NCBI RefSeq assembly: GCF_036321535.1
Contig: NC_087438.1
Span: forward strand, 2,730,001 to 2,794,000
Length of the DNA stretch: 64,000 nucleotides
Reading direction: 5' to 3'
Source of the DNA: Camelus dromedarius
Lineage: Eukaryota
Shown: piece after piece, positions 1 through 13,199 of the stretch
Numbering within the stretch: the stretch's first letter is position 1
Layout of the letters: each line of letters begins with the position of its first letter
Position numbers and translations under genes: made by a program
The notes under the pieces: model-generated
The model's database searches: none
The model's input: only the letters and a program-made list of their open reading frames with translations
What the model was told of the DNA's origin: nothing

Positions 1-135
1 ATATTTAGATTATACAAGTGATATCATAGAGTATTTGTCTTTCTCTGATCTACTTCATTAAGCATAATATTCTCTAGGTCCATCCATGTTGCTACAAATG
101 GCAGGGTTTCATTCTCTTTTATGGTTGAGTATGTG

Positions 136-188
<53 letters not shown>

Positions 189-1490
189 AAGTTGGAATAT
201 ATATATGCCACATCTTCTTTATCCAGTCATATATTGACGGACACTTGGTCTGCTTCCATATCTTAGCTGTTGTAAATTGTGCTGCTATGAACATTGAGGG
301 GCATGCATCTTTTTGAATTATTGTTCTTGTTCTGTTCTGGATATATACCCAGGAGTGGAATTGCTGGGTCATATAGTAGTTTTATTTTCAGTTGTTTGAG
401 GAACCTCCATTCTGTTTTCCATAGTAGCTACAACAATTACATTCCCATCAACAGTATATAAGGGTTTCCTTTTTTCCACATTCTCACCAACATTTGTAAT
501 TTTTAGACATTTTAATGCTAGCCATTCTGACAGGTGAGAGGTGATATTTCATTGCTGTTTTGATTTTCATTCCTTAATAATCAGTGATAGGCATGTTTCA
601 TGTGCCTTTTAGCCATCTCTATGTCTTCTTTTGAAAAATGTCTATTCAGGTTTTCACTCCATTTTTGACTGGGTTCATTTCTTTGATATTGAGCTGTATG
701 AGTTGTTTATATATTTTGGATATTAACTCCTTGTCAGTCATATCATTTGCAAATATTTTCTCTCAGTTTGTAGATTGTCTTTTTATTTTGTCAGTGGTTT
801 CCTTTGCTGTGCAAAAACTTTTGTTTAATTAGGTCCCATTTGTTTACTTTTGCTTTTATTTATTTAGACTTAAGAGACAGATCAAAAATATTGCTATGAA
901 TCATATTAAGGTGTGTTCTGCCCATGTTCTCTTCTAGGAGCTTTGTGGTTTCAGATCTTACATTTAGATTTTTAATCAATTTCATGTTTATTTGTGTATA
1001 TGGTGATAGAGAATGTCCTAATTTCAGTCTTTCACAGGCAGCTGTCCAGTTTTCTCAGCACCACTCACTGAAGAGACTGTCTTTTCTCCATTGTATATTA
1101 CTGCCTCCTTTGCTGTAGATTAATGACCATAAGTGAGTGGTTTTATGTCTGAGCTGTCTATTCTGCTCTGCATATCTGGGTCTGTTTTTGTGCCAGCACC
1201 ATACTGTTTTGATTACTATGTCTTTGTAGTGTAACCTGAATTTTGAGAGGGCAATACCTTCAGGTTTGTTCTTTTTTCTCAAGATTGCTCTGGCAATTCA
1301 GGGTCTACTGTGGTTCCATATAAATGCTAGGATTATTTGTTCTAGTTCTGTGAAAAATGTCATGGATGCTATTTTGATAGGGATTGCATTAAATCTGTAT
1401 ATTGCTTCTGGCAGTATGGCCATTTTAATAGTGTTAACTCCTCCAATCCAAGAGCACAAATATCTTTTCATTTTTTATGTTTGTTAATTT
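1..1490 (-). mobile_element. LINE-1 fragment: degraded ORF2 C-terminal region plus start of 3' UTR
   Basis: Minus-strand ORFs 139..372 (KDACPSMFIAAQFTTAKIWKQTKCPSIYDWIKKMWHIY) and 1055..1282 (KKNKPEGIALSKFRLHYKDIVIKTVWCWHKNR) match the conserved L1 ORF2p C-terminal motifs. The frame is broken by stops and frameshifts, and the element runs off the window start. Confidence 0.95.
141..188. repeat. Compound microsatellite (AT)16(GT)8 inside L1
   Basis: Read directly from the sequence. Confidence 0.95.
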
Positions 1491-4400
1491 TTTTTAGATT
1501 TTTTTAAATTAGTTTTTTAGTCTGCCTTATCAGCTTTCTGTTGTATATGACTGACAACATATTTTTGTGTGTATAAATACTAGTTAAAAACAAATTTTAC
1601 AATAGACACGTGTTACCAATGTCCCAGATACACTCCATGGCTTTTGGAATAACTTCACATGTTGAACACTTTAGCTAAATGATAGTATTACATAAAGGCA
1701 AACAATTAAACAGGGAATTGCAAGCTTATTTTTGCCATTGTTGCCAGTATTTGCTTTAATATTTATCTTGAGTTCAGATTAGTTAAGCCTTACGTATCAT
1801 TTTTTTATCCTGAGGAAATTATGTGTTCAAGATCTTAAGATAATCTCTTTATTTGGCACTTGGTTCATTGGTCCATCTGAAGACTGGACAACTGATATTC
1901 ATTGACTGTGTCTAGTATGTGTCATTTTTTCTGAGCCTCACAGCATTATGGTACCACCCTCACCTAAAAAAAATGTGCAAATCTTTGGTCAGTAGATGAG
2001 GAGTACATGCCCTTTCTTTTGTCCTTTTTAATTCGATATTTTTTGTTGCATTTTGGAAGACTTCTGTTGATTACTGGATGTCTGACCTAAATTTCCCTGT
2101 GTTTAAAGTATAAGGACATGACGTACATGTAATTGAGACCCTGTTTTGAACCATTAGATATCATTATTAAGTTTTTCTTCCTTATCAGGGAGGTAAAAGC
2201 TCTGAGTGGGGACTTGGGCACTTATTCTACCAATAGTTGACAAATATTGCAAGAATTTACAATAGTCACCTGTGCCAATCACCCACTCCCATGTCAATCT
2301 CAAAATTCTTTGGGACTCTCAAAATTTTCAGAAAATGATTCAAGCTTTATATTTAACTGCTTTATGGTTGTGACAGTATGGAAGCGGGGCATCATGAGAA
2401 CACACTGCACTGCTGTTCTTTTTATTCTTAAGGGGGTAGGATCCCTTCTACTGGTACAGGAAGTGGGTTTCATGTGCCTTTGGTTGTATGTCTGAAAATC
2501 CGTAAAGTGACTGTCTCTCCCACGTGGGAGGTGAACACCTCTGCCATCAGGGCTGGAGTGAAGCCGGGGACCACGTCACCAGGCACCCTTCCCGTGTCGG
2601 AGAAGCTGATGTCAAGCCTGGGGACTGGTTGGGTCGGGGTGTCACTCGTTTCAATCTTTCCCTGAACATCTTAAGGTCCCAAGTGGTGTGCCTGACCCAG
2701 GCTTCATTCTAGAGAGGTTTTTGAGGATTTCCATTTAAGGAAGGAGGGTAAAAATTCAGAGTGTGGTAGCATTTCCAGCACGGTTCATGATACAGTGGTG
2801 ACATGATATGGTGGCACACCTAAACCTAAAGTATTGATACTTTAAATGCTATCTTCCTGCTAATGTATAGCACTTATAAACAGATACGTGTGTTAACATA
2901 TATAGTATTAGTTTATCTACCTACACGTGCACACCTGTGTCTACTGCTGAGCTATAGCTACGATCTTAGGTTTACCTTTGTTTGCTGCCAAAATGTCCAC
3001 TTGTTCATGGGAACAAGTGGGAAAACAGGACTCGTGAAAAGGTTTCCATGTTTCCGAATCGGCAGGAAGAGCCCACCGTGGGCTGGCAGCTGCAGGGGCC
3101 TCACAGGCTGCGAGCGGCGCCTCCACACGCTGCACTGAGGCGAGGCAAGACACGAGCCGCAGTGAGTCCTTCAATTTCTCTCCTGTCGTGAGGACGTGGA
3201 CAGCTTGGACAACTAATAATCGTAAAGATAAGGGTCTACTTTCACATCTTCATTGTTTCTTTCACTCTGTGTGTTTCTGAGATGGGGGAAAAAGGAACAA
3301 AAAACAGAGCGACAAACCTTTGGTGAGGCTCAGACTGCGTGAAATGAATTTGATGCCCAATCTGATCCATGTTAAGGAAAGTAGATTTCATTTCATGTCT
3401 CCTGAAGTTACCAGGCAGAAACACACTGCAGAGGGTCCCAGACGCCTGCAGGCAGTGAGGCGGGCAGACCCCTGTGTCCCTGCCTCTCCCTCAGGACCAC
3501 ACTCCTCCCTGGGCATCGGCTGTTGGGAGGCCGAGAGCACACATCATGAAGGGGAAGTCAGAGGAAGCTGGAGAGAGGGGGGAAGAGAAGAACGAAAGAC
3601 CGAAAGCCATTCTCCACATTGTTTGTTTGAACTTCCCCATCTCCGACCCGACTCCTGTTTATCCTGGGGAAGGCCCACAGCCAGAAGCAGGGCTGCCTGT
3701 CATAAACTGTGATTCTTCACCCTGCTAAAGAGAATTTTCATTATATTTTTCCGCCGCTGGGTTCTTGAGGGAAAACACCAGGCGTCTGGCGGCTGACCTG
3801 GCGCAGCAGACTTCCTCGACTGTCAGTTTCAGTCTCGTCTTTCTTAAAACTGAAGTTTACCTCCAGCCTTTGCTTCCTGGTTTTCCTTTAATCAAAGGGG
3901 GAAGTTAAACCTGTCAGGAGGGACGCAGGGGCTGCCTGTCTGAGACAGAGAGCAAGCAGGTCCCGGAGACGTGACATCTATGCTCCTACTGAAAATCATC
4001 CTTGTCCAGTAACCGTCAGATGGAGAAGCGGGCTTCCCGGACTCTTGGAGAGGAAGGGTGGGGTCAGGGGCCCAGAGAGGAAAGGGCAGAACGGCTTGAG
4101 CTGCTTCATGTCCTAGAAGCAACGGACGGCCTGCACCCCCGTTGTCCGTTCAGAGAGGAAGACGGGTCGTCGAGTAAAGCAGGGCAAATGAGATGTCCTG
4201 ACAGGTGCCCCTCCACACCGTCAGGGAGCTTTTTACTGCTGCGACGACATTCCTAATGTCACCAGATGCTGTGCGAAGACAACAGCGCTCACAGTCCAGT
4301 GGGCCCCTCCCCTTTCCCCAGAACACCCTGTGCAAACTCCCTCTCTTCGGAAGCTCAGATGTTTGCTGGACTCCTTAGAGGCCAGAGAAGAAGGCGAGGG

Positions 4401-4876
4401 GTGTCCTGGGGCGTCAGGGTGGCTGACGGCATTCTCCGCTCACAGACAAGGAGAGCAGCCCATGGTGAGCCGCTGCTCCATTCGAGACCAGAGTTACGGC
4501 GTCTGTAAGTGGATCTGGCTTGGAAATAACACATGAAAAGCTGCCACCTGCCTAGGCTGATTATTTGTCCCTCCTGAAAAAGCTACAGTATAAGGACGAT
4601 TTGCATATCAGGACGCAGATGGCATGGCTTACTGTTCTCAAGAAGTCACCACACAAAGGGAGTTTCCCGGCAAGGAGCAGTGAGCATTCCCACCACTGGG
4701 TGTTTCAGATGAAACAGAATACTTCGCCAGAATGGGGCCATCCTCTGTCCCCAGAAGTCCTTCTGAGGACTGGCCATCCGAGCCCTCACGGGAAACAGAT
4801 CTGCCCCCTCGTGGTCCGGGACCCTCACAGACTATCCACCCTCCAACCAGTGCACCCGCCTGCCCACGCGCGGTCC

Positions 4877-4907
4877 CACCTTGGCACCTTGGCACCTTGG
4901 CACCTTG
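4877..4907. repeat. 8-bp tandem repeat (CACCTTGG)x~4
   Basis: Three perfect units plus CACCTTG. Confidence 0.9.
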
Positions 4908-7900
4908 TGCTTGGTCAATGCGGGGCCCCTGAAGAGCAGTGGGAAGGTGAAACCAAGGCCAGTGGGGTCTAGGCTTTCAGACAGGCAGTCAAACGACTTC
5001 CTTTCAGACATGTTCGAATAGCGAGGACATTGTGCCCTTTCCCAGAAGCACACCAAGGGAGGCGGCTCCCACATAAGTGATGAGGAAACAAGTGGGACCA
5101 CACGCCAGGGTGCTGGCTGTTCCCGATTCTGGCTCTCAGGGTCTCTCTGGTTGCTCATTAGACAATCCTGACGTGGAAGACAATGTGGGCACAGGAATTC
5201 TTTGATGAAGATTCATTGGATTCTTTGCAACTGATTCAAAACACAGGCATAGTGATTCCAAACTAGCCTGACCACTGCTGGTAACGACTTGGGAAGATGA
5301 GTGAAGTGAAGGGAAAAGGTGCACATTTCCTTGTTGATTTGCAGAGCGTCTCAGTAAAGGTAACATTCACCGCATACCCGGTCCCAGGACCCATTGGGTA
5401 CGGTGGCGCTGGCCCCGTCGTGTATGGTGACATTGGTCCAGTTTTGAAGAAAGAATTTTCTTTCAAGAAACAACAGCTCAACCTCACAGGTGAGAATTTC
5501 AATACATGTTTTTCTTCCTTTTCAAATCTGTCTGGGCCAGGAAAAACTATCTCTAGTGAATATTTTAAGGTGTTGATTTTGAGTGATGACAGTGATGAGT
5601 TCAGGAGGGTTGAAGGTAAAAGAGAAAAAGAAACCATAATAATAAAAAATGAAGGGTAAGAAAGAGGAACTTGTTTTCTCCAGACACATACATAGATTCA
5701 TATGGATAATTGAAAATCACCATTAAAGTTGGTTTCATAGATGAGACACCAAGTGTATGCCAATTCCAGAGTGAAGCAGTATCAGAGTGGCAGGAATTAG
5801 TATTTCTAGTCTTCCTGTTATGATCCACTTTTGAAAACAAACAAACAAATAAACATACAACAAGCCAGAGGATAGGTCCCATTTCTCCTTTTAATTAAAT
5901 CTGCATCAGGGAATCTCATGAGTAAACACACCTCAGGTTATCAGCCGAAGCATCGCCAGGATTCTCACCACGGAGACCCGCGTCGTTTCTGAATTCTGAT
6001 GTGTTCGAGCATAATTTTAAATTAGAAGTATTTTAATGCTGATGTAGACTCCAAAGGGCTCCAGCTTATCAATATTTTCTCAACTTTATTTTACAGATTA
6101 TGGACTCTAGAAATCACTTTAAGTTGCAAGGGCAGTGAGTCTGAAAAAATAATCGAGGTGCAAGGATTTATTCTCAAAGAATAGTGGCTTTGAAAAGAGA
6201 ACAGGCGCAGTTACAGAGGACGATGAAGATGCAGATTAAACAGATGCAAGCAACTGGGTCGGCGAGTGGGTAAGAACCAGCTCAGTCAGGCACTGGCCTG
6301 GACTCAGTCTTCCTTCCTTGGGTCCCCAGTTAGATACTCATCCAAGAAACGCCAACTTGAGCTTGTGCATTTGTGTTTACCTCCTCAGCAAGACTGCAAG
6401 GGCTTCCCATGGAAGGAGAGGGGCCCAGCTGCTGTGTGCTCTGCCTGGGGGTGAGAGCTTGCCTGCCCGGCCCTCCCGATGGGGAGGAGACCCCCGCCTG
6501 TGCCCTGCCGAACTGGGCGTCCTCCTGTGGGCGGGGCCAGGCGAGAAGACGCTCAGGAGGAGGGTGCAGCTGCCCACACTGGGTGAGCACAGGATGGTGC
6601 CGGCCCACTTCCCCCAAGCCTGAAGCCAGGAGCCATTGGTGAGCCCTGGGGGTCCCCCACCCCCGGTCCTGAGTGGTCTGGGCGGTCACTGGCAGCTGAG
6701 GGAGCATGGCCGTGGCAACGTGCTCCCCCTGCATGCGGCCACCAGGCCCGGCCCCCGCCTGCAGGGGAGGAAGGCTGTGGGAGAGGCTCCCGGGCCCCTG
6801 GGATCAGGGTCAGGGGCTTGCGAGCCTGTTGTTAAGCCGCGGGTAGCTTGAAACCGACCAGGGAGGCAGTGTCTTCACGGGAGAAGTACCTGCCCCGCAG
6901 CACTAATGAGTTCCTGAGCTTATTGCCGCATTTCCTCCAAATGCCCCGGGGTGAAATAATACTGCCATGTGCCCAGGACGCACACCCTTCCCTGTGAAGC
7001 TGTGGGCTCGGCTGTGGCTGAGCTTTGGAACTGGTGTCTGGACGCACAGCGAAGCCCCTGTTTAGAAGGAGCTGATGGGGCCGTGGGTAGGCCGCTCGAC
7101 GGGTGGACCAGGGACCCGAGAGCTGACTGTGAGTTCTCACAGCAGCTGGTTGGGGGGTGACTTCGCACGTCCAGTGGACACAGCGGGGCCCCGCTGTCTA
7201 GAGCAGGAAGGCCAGGGGTCCTGCCTCTGCAGAAAGCCTGACGCGATACGCTCGCCCAGTCTCAGGTTGGACCGAGTGGACCTTACGCAGAAGCTGCCTT
7301 GTCCAGCTCACCATTCAAGGCAAGAAAAACATGGACTGGGCAGACAGGGCCTCCCGGCCACTCCGTCTCCTTGGGCCTGGGACGGCGGAGGCACACCGGC
7401 TCAACCCTGTGCCTAGGGAGGGCGCGCCCGGACGTTCCTTCAGCAGAGTTTAGAGTTTTCTAAACTCCTCTGATCTTATCATTAGCAGTTCCTGGGTTTC
7501 CTGTGACAAGTCCCACCCCAGTTCGTGAGAAGACCCTGCCTCCTGAGGACTGAAGCTCATAAGGGGTGGGCTGGGGTCTTGAAAGTGGCAGATGACATAA
7601 ATCATTGAGTTTGCTGCTTTCATGGAAGCTCAGGGCCTTCACCTCCTACAAGGGCCTGAGAAGGAGCCGCCGTGGCATCAAGGTCCTGAGTGGGCGCTGA
7701 GGTTCTCCTTCACCCAGGAAAGGAATGAGGCCCAAATGCCCCACGTGGAAGCTTGGATTCCGCCCCAGGTGTCCCCAGTCGGGTGGGGTGATGGGGACAC
7801 CGCTGTGATCTTTGAAACAGATGCCACACAGAGCAACACTGGCACAGGACGCAGTTCTCCTGGAGACTGAGAAGGCCCGGGGGACTCACCTGGTGCCACT

Positions 7901-9794
7901 CAGCTCCCCACCAGGATGAGGCGCCCACGGCCCGCACCGACCTGACCCTAAGGGATGTCAGCCTCCAGAATCTCCACCCAGCTGAGGGGGCGGTGAGAGT
8001 CAGGTTTTCAGAGGGAGCCCAATAAAGGCCAAAATTCAGAGGACAGATGGGGAGAAGTTAGGCAGGGGCCCACCCATCCCTTCTGCCAGGACCCTCCACG
8101 CATTGCCCTCAGAGTCCTAAGCGCAGGGAGAACACTCAGTCCTGAGGTGGCCGCTCTGAGAGAGACTGGTGCACGGGGCACTCACGGGGGTGCTGAAGAG
8201 TGACTCCCAGAGTGCACGTCAGCCTGGATGGGAGGGGCGTCCTCTGTCGTCCCCTGCGTCCCACACACGACACTCCCACGTGCGTGCATTTTCAGAGACT
8301 GTTTTTACCTGCATCATCGATGCCTTCATGTCCGTTGTCCATCAGTCACATTTTGACGTCACCTTTTTCTTAAAAAAAATTTGAATTTTTAGATCACTTG
8401 TATCTGCTAGAAGGAATTAAGTGAGATTCAAAATGTTTGGGAAGCACTATTTGGAGCAGGTGCGAACAGACACCTTTTTTGCCAGCTCTGCATTTATTCC
8501 ATCAACGAACACGTTTAGTAAATTTCTTTCCAAATATCCCCAGTCAAGTTGGACTTCAAAAAATATGTATTTCAAGCCCAAATTTTTCCTTGCAATTGAG
8601 GAAGCTTGACATTCAAAAAACTTTTTGAAAGATATAAAAATGTTTTCATTAGGGCCACATGTGTTTATTTTCCCTCAATCATTCATTACCCTCAGAAATG
8701 ACATGGCTCTATTAGGGCATAAGTCACCTCATTACAAAGCAATAAAGCTATTCAATTAAAAAGTGAGTATATGGGACGTCTGAATTGTAATTAACTACTC
8801 AGGTATCTGTCCGTATGCAGATCAGTAGCAAAGAAGTATTTGATTTTGGATTTTCAGCCGTACATTATTCCTAATTTTAAAGCACCCCATTTTGATTCTG
8901 CATCTGTCTTTTCATAATACAATAGGTTGAGTCAACATTTAAGCTCCTTGTTTTTGTCTCTCTTTAATGCTAGGTCTAGAAGCCCACGCTGCCAGGGCCG
9001 TGGCAGCAGAGCGTCCCTGCGGCTGCTGACAGCTGCTGGTCCAGCCCCCAGGTCCCCACGGTGTGCACGAGGCCCACTTGCATGCAGGGCCTGGCCTGGC
9101 TGCCCCCTGCGGGGACTGCCACGCTCAAAGTGCCGACGCGGGGAGTCAGGGCTTGGCGGCCGAGCCGCACCCACGACGTGCTGGCTGAACACGCTGGTGC
9201 CTGTTCTTAGTACAGAGCCCCGCCCACCACTGATGGTTTCCTCATTTCTCATGATGTTTCTTGACGCAGAGGGAGGTCTGGCCCCTTGTTCTTTGGCTTA
9301 TTTGTTTTGCAGCGTTGCCAGCTGGGGAACACAGCACTACTGGCGTGGACACGGGGACAGAATGCACTGAGAGTCCCACTCCTACTCGTGGTGTGATTTT
9401 CAACTCTGGATTCCCAGTCCCCAGACACAGTCCAGGTAGCCTGACCTCTATTCAGCCGTTGCCAGCAGTCCTGGATCTCGGTCCTCTTTGATGCTCAGGA
9501 CAATGATGTCCTTGGCGACGGAGGACGTGCCATCCGGGTCCCAGCGGGTGAGCCATCCTGTCCAGGCTGACTTCCACCCAGTGCTGGGTCACCTGCTGTG
9601 GGATAACACTGGGGTCTCACAAGGTTTTCACCTTCAAGCTCCTTTCAGATTGGTACTTGGATAGAAAACCTGCTTAAAAGAACTGTTCTGCTGCTAAAGC
9701 TGCACAATGAAAGCCTGTCTCTCCCTCACCCCCGGAGGCACATTTGTGATCTTATTATTTTATATTGAGAACAACTAAATTCACTCCCACATCA

Positions 9795-9833
9795 AAAACA
9801 AACAAACAAACAAACAAACAAACAAACAAAAAA
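9795..9833. repeat. (AAAC)n microsatellite
   Basis: Read directly from the sequence. Confidence 0.9.
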
Positions 9834-12800
9834 GCAGGCAGTGCCCTCAGTAGCGCTCGGTGGGCACACGTCTCCCTGTTGTCTGTCAAGCCGGTTACCC
9901 ACGTTGTTCCTACGCTAGGAAGCCTGCCACTTTGTAAAAATGGGAAAAGCCACTGCGCAGTCTTTAAAGGTGTCCGTTCGAAACCCAACGTGCTTCACGT
10001 TGTCATGGGCGAGGAGCATGAAATCACATCATTTTCTGGCAGTTTTGCAGAAGAGTTGCGGAGATTATAAATATTCAGAATTCCTTCGGAGGCTCCACGA
10101 GATCTGCCTTCTGCCCCCCTTCCTCTGTGATTTGGTTTTCCGAGCGGCTCTGCGTGCACCCCGGCTCCCGGGGTCCAACCACAGGAAACGAGAGCTGCAC
10201 ATTTCAAACAGATTTCACAAACAAACCGTTCTGACTTCATGTCAGGCAGGACGGTGCGAAATTTGGTTTTCTCCCCCAAATTTGGCTCCCAGCTGTGGTG
10301 TGTCAAGTCCAACAGGAACAAGTAATTATATTCAACCCGAAAATCAAGCTCCCAGCTGACAGTTTGTATTAGCAGTATCAGAAAGCAGGCCTGTTTGTCT
10401 TTTAAAAAGAGTCGCTACTTGGGAGCTTGGCATCCCAACCTTGCACAGTGGTGTCTTGCCCCCAGAGGAGGAGGTGGCTCACTGGACCCCAAGACCCTAA
10501 GGACCACCGTGGGGGGAGGGAAGGGGGCACAGCCTTGAACCTTACCCCCAGAAAGATGATGCAAAGGAAAGCAAAACGGACTTTAAGCACATCACACTAA
10601 ATGAACCCTCTTTCATTTCTCTATTGAAATAAACTCAAAGCCATTCCGTAACAGATAATTAGTGATCAATACAGGATCTAGGTTCTACAACTAGTCCCCA
10701 GATGATTCTCCTGCAGCTCACCCGTTTCAAAACTACAGGGCTTTCTCTCCTCCGTTGTCCTTTGAGGTGAATGGGGTGGCCTGTGATTCCATTCTGGTAA
10801 AGCTAAATCCATGTAACGTCACACTCCAGTATTTTAAATGCCAATGTGTCCGAACTAGACCAAAGCATGACTCTCAGGGTCAGTTTCCTCCTCGCCATGT
10901 TAAACTATCTGTAGGCATTTGATTTCAAAATGAAAATCATAAAGTCCTATCACATTCTGACTCGACGGCTTTTTAAAAAAAAGGAGATATACTCGATCAC
11001 TTATAAAATTTTAAAATGCTAACTTAAAAACAACAACCTTGGGAGAATGTGATTATGCAAAATACACTGTTAACAAAATTTACACATAAATGAGAACATT
11101 TTTTCCCCATCATAGTTCTTATTATAATGAAACCCTGGGAAGTAAATTATTTGCAGGAGAGAACAGTATAAAATGTATTAAGAGCTGTAAGATCTAAATT
11201 GAAATGTCACACATGGTTATTTGTATTAAAACCCAACAAAACCAAACAAAACAGGTGACGGGTCCTTCATGAGCCATCTGTTGACACCAGAAGATTCGTT
11301 TTACTCTTCGGGGCTGTTCTAGTTCCAGGACCTTCACTGGGGCTCCTCACCGGGCAGGACCAGCTGCCTCAACAGCTTCATCATTCTTGAAGTCCAGTGA
11401 TTTCTTTTTATGCAGCAATTTTGGAGTTCGAACCACTGGGGCCAGTGTTTTTCACAATTTCAGCAGAGTTTTTAGACTATTTCACCTTGAAACTAGAGAC
11501 CTGATACCCAAGAGCAGAGGAGGTACACGGAAGGCTATTGAAAGCTGAGTCTGCAGCATGAAGACAGCTCCTGAGCTGAAATGACTCACTCATTCCAGCA
11601 GCGTTTCTCTGCCCTGGCTCTTCCCCCTACCCCCCTCCTGCCCTTTTTTCTGGTCCATCCACTTTGGGGCACTGACCACACCCCTGGGGCCACTACATCT
11701 GCCCCCAGTCAATGGAGCCCCGGAGCATAAAGCGTGTCCCAGGACGGAGGGCCACCGCCCCCCCCCCCCGCCGGAGCTTTTCAAGTTGATGGGAAGTGGT
11801 GGCGCCTGAGCAGGACGTGGCTGGCTTGCTGGGTCCTGACAACGAGCCGTGTGCTGCGAGGTGCGTTGGGCAGCGGGGAGCCTTTGTGTGAGCCCCGCCG
11901 CCCTCCCGGGCCCCCCTCGCCGGGGCGGCCACAGCTGGGCAGCTGCATTGGGAAAAGTAACTGAGCAGAAAGGGGCCCCCAGCCCGGCCTCTGATTTCTC
12001 ACATTTAATTACCTGTTTTCCCTTCCCTGCGGTCATGGAGAAAACGGAATTACATCACGCGCCATGTCGCTCCAGAGAAGCACTGAATGTCTCTAATAGA
12101 GCCGCTGGTGGCGGGGACAATAGGCGTGCCGCCTGTTTCACATGGGATATTAGTCCCTGCAGACAAGTGTAGGCATCTCTGCTCCAAGGCCCTTCAATGC
12201 CAAACAAAGGGGAGCGGGCTTCCGTCGTGTCACTCCAAGCACCTCACGGAGAGAAAAACTTTATTTAGTTGCCCTGGTCCGGCCAAGCCTCCCCTGGGGC
12301 CTGGGGGATGGGAGAACTTCGGGCGGCGTGGCCCGTTCAGCTGTAAATACAGATTTCCTGCAAATCTGAGATCCCCTTCCCCTGCCCAAGAACCGCCATA
12401 TGTTACCTTAATCCCCTCAGATGCGTTTTCATCTTAGAGCTTTCTCAGCTGCCCACTTGCTTTTAAGCTAATTTGTGGCGTCCTGTAGAGCTCAAGGCTG
12501 GACCCGTCCTGCCCCACACTAATGGAACCCGAAAGGACACAGCGACTCCCCCACGTTTAGACAGAAGAGGCTGCGCTGTAGCCGCCCCAGCAGGCACATG
12601 CGATCTGGTGCCCTGCGGTTTAGCTGGGCGGCTCGGTGACAGCTCGTCTCTCTGTGTGAATTACGTGGCAAGTCCGAGGGGCTCCTCTCAGCCCTCGCCT
12701 GGTGCTAAGACGGTTTCAGCGGCAAGCGTCAGCCCCTAGCACGACTCTGTCTCAGAACCTCTCCCGCTGGAAAGATGCAGGCTGCCTTCAACTTCTAACA

Positions 12801-13199
12801 AGTAACAAGTTAAATGGAAGTAACTGAAGTCTTTTAGCACCTACTCATCTGCTCAAAGGATATTTTTTTTCCAAGAAGCAGGACATCATGGCTCTGACAG
12901 AGTGAGGAAACACACACACCCACCCACCCACACACACACACACACACCAAACACAAAACGACAGGAACCAAGATTTGTATGTCTGTTTTACCATCAGAAA
13001 TTGTGTATCAACAGGGACTTCCCTGGGTTTAATTTGATCCATTTCGAGGTATATGAGTCAAACTCCTGCTCAAAGGCCCCCAGGAGACAGTGATGGGGAA
13101 GTATGTCTCCTGGCTTCAAGTCCGGTAGAAAAGGTAAAATATGTACAAGCTAATGTTCTACCAAAGGGGGAGGAAAGGCCAGGAGAGGGGCACACAGTG

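Noticed and set aside
1..1490. L1 ORF2 as a functional CDS
   Set aside because: Fragmented by stops and frameshifts, and a microsatellite is inserted.
3338..3397. Imperfect hairpin tgaaatgaa...ttcatttca
   Set aside because: Stem is only ~11 bp with a large unpaired loop; not miRNA-like.
5360..5440. CYSTM1/DAZAP2-like processed pseudogene (GPAPPYPMGPG)
   Set aside because: Only low-complexity Pro/Gly/Tyr similarity; no extended match, polyA tail or TSD.
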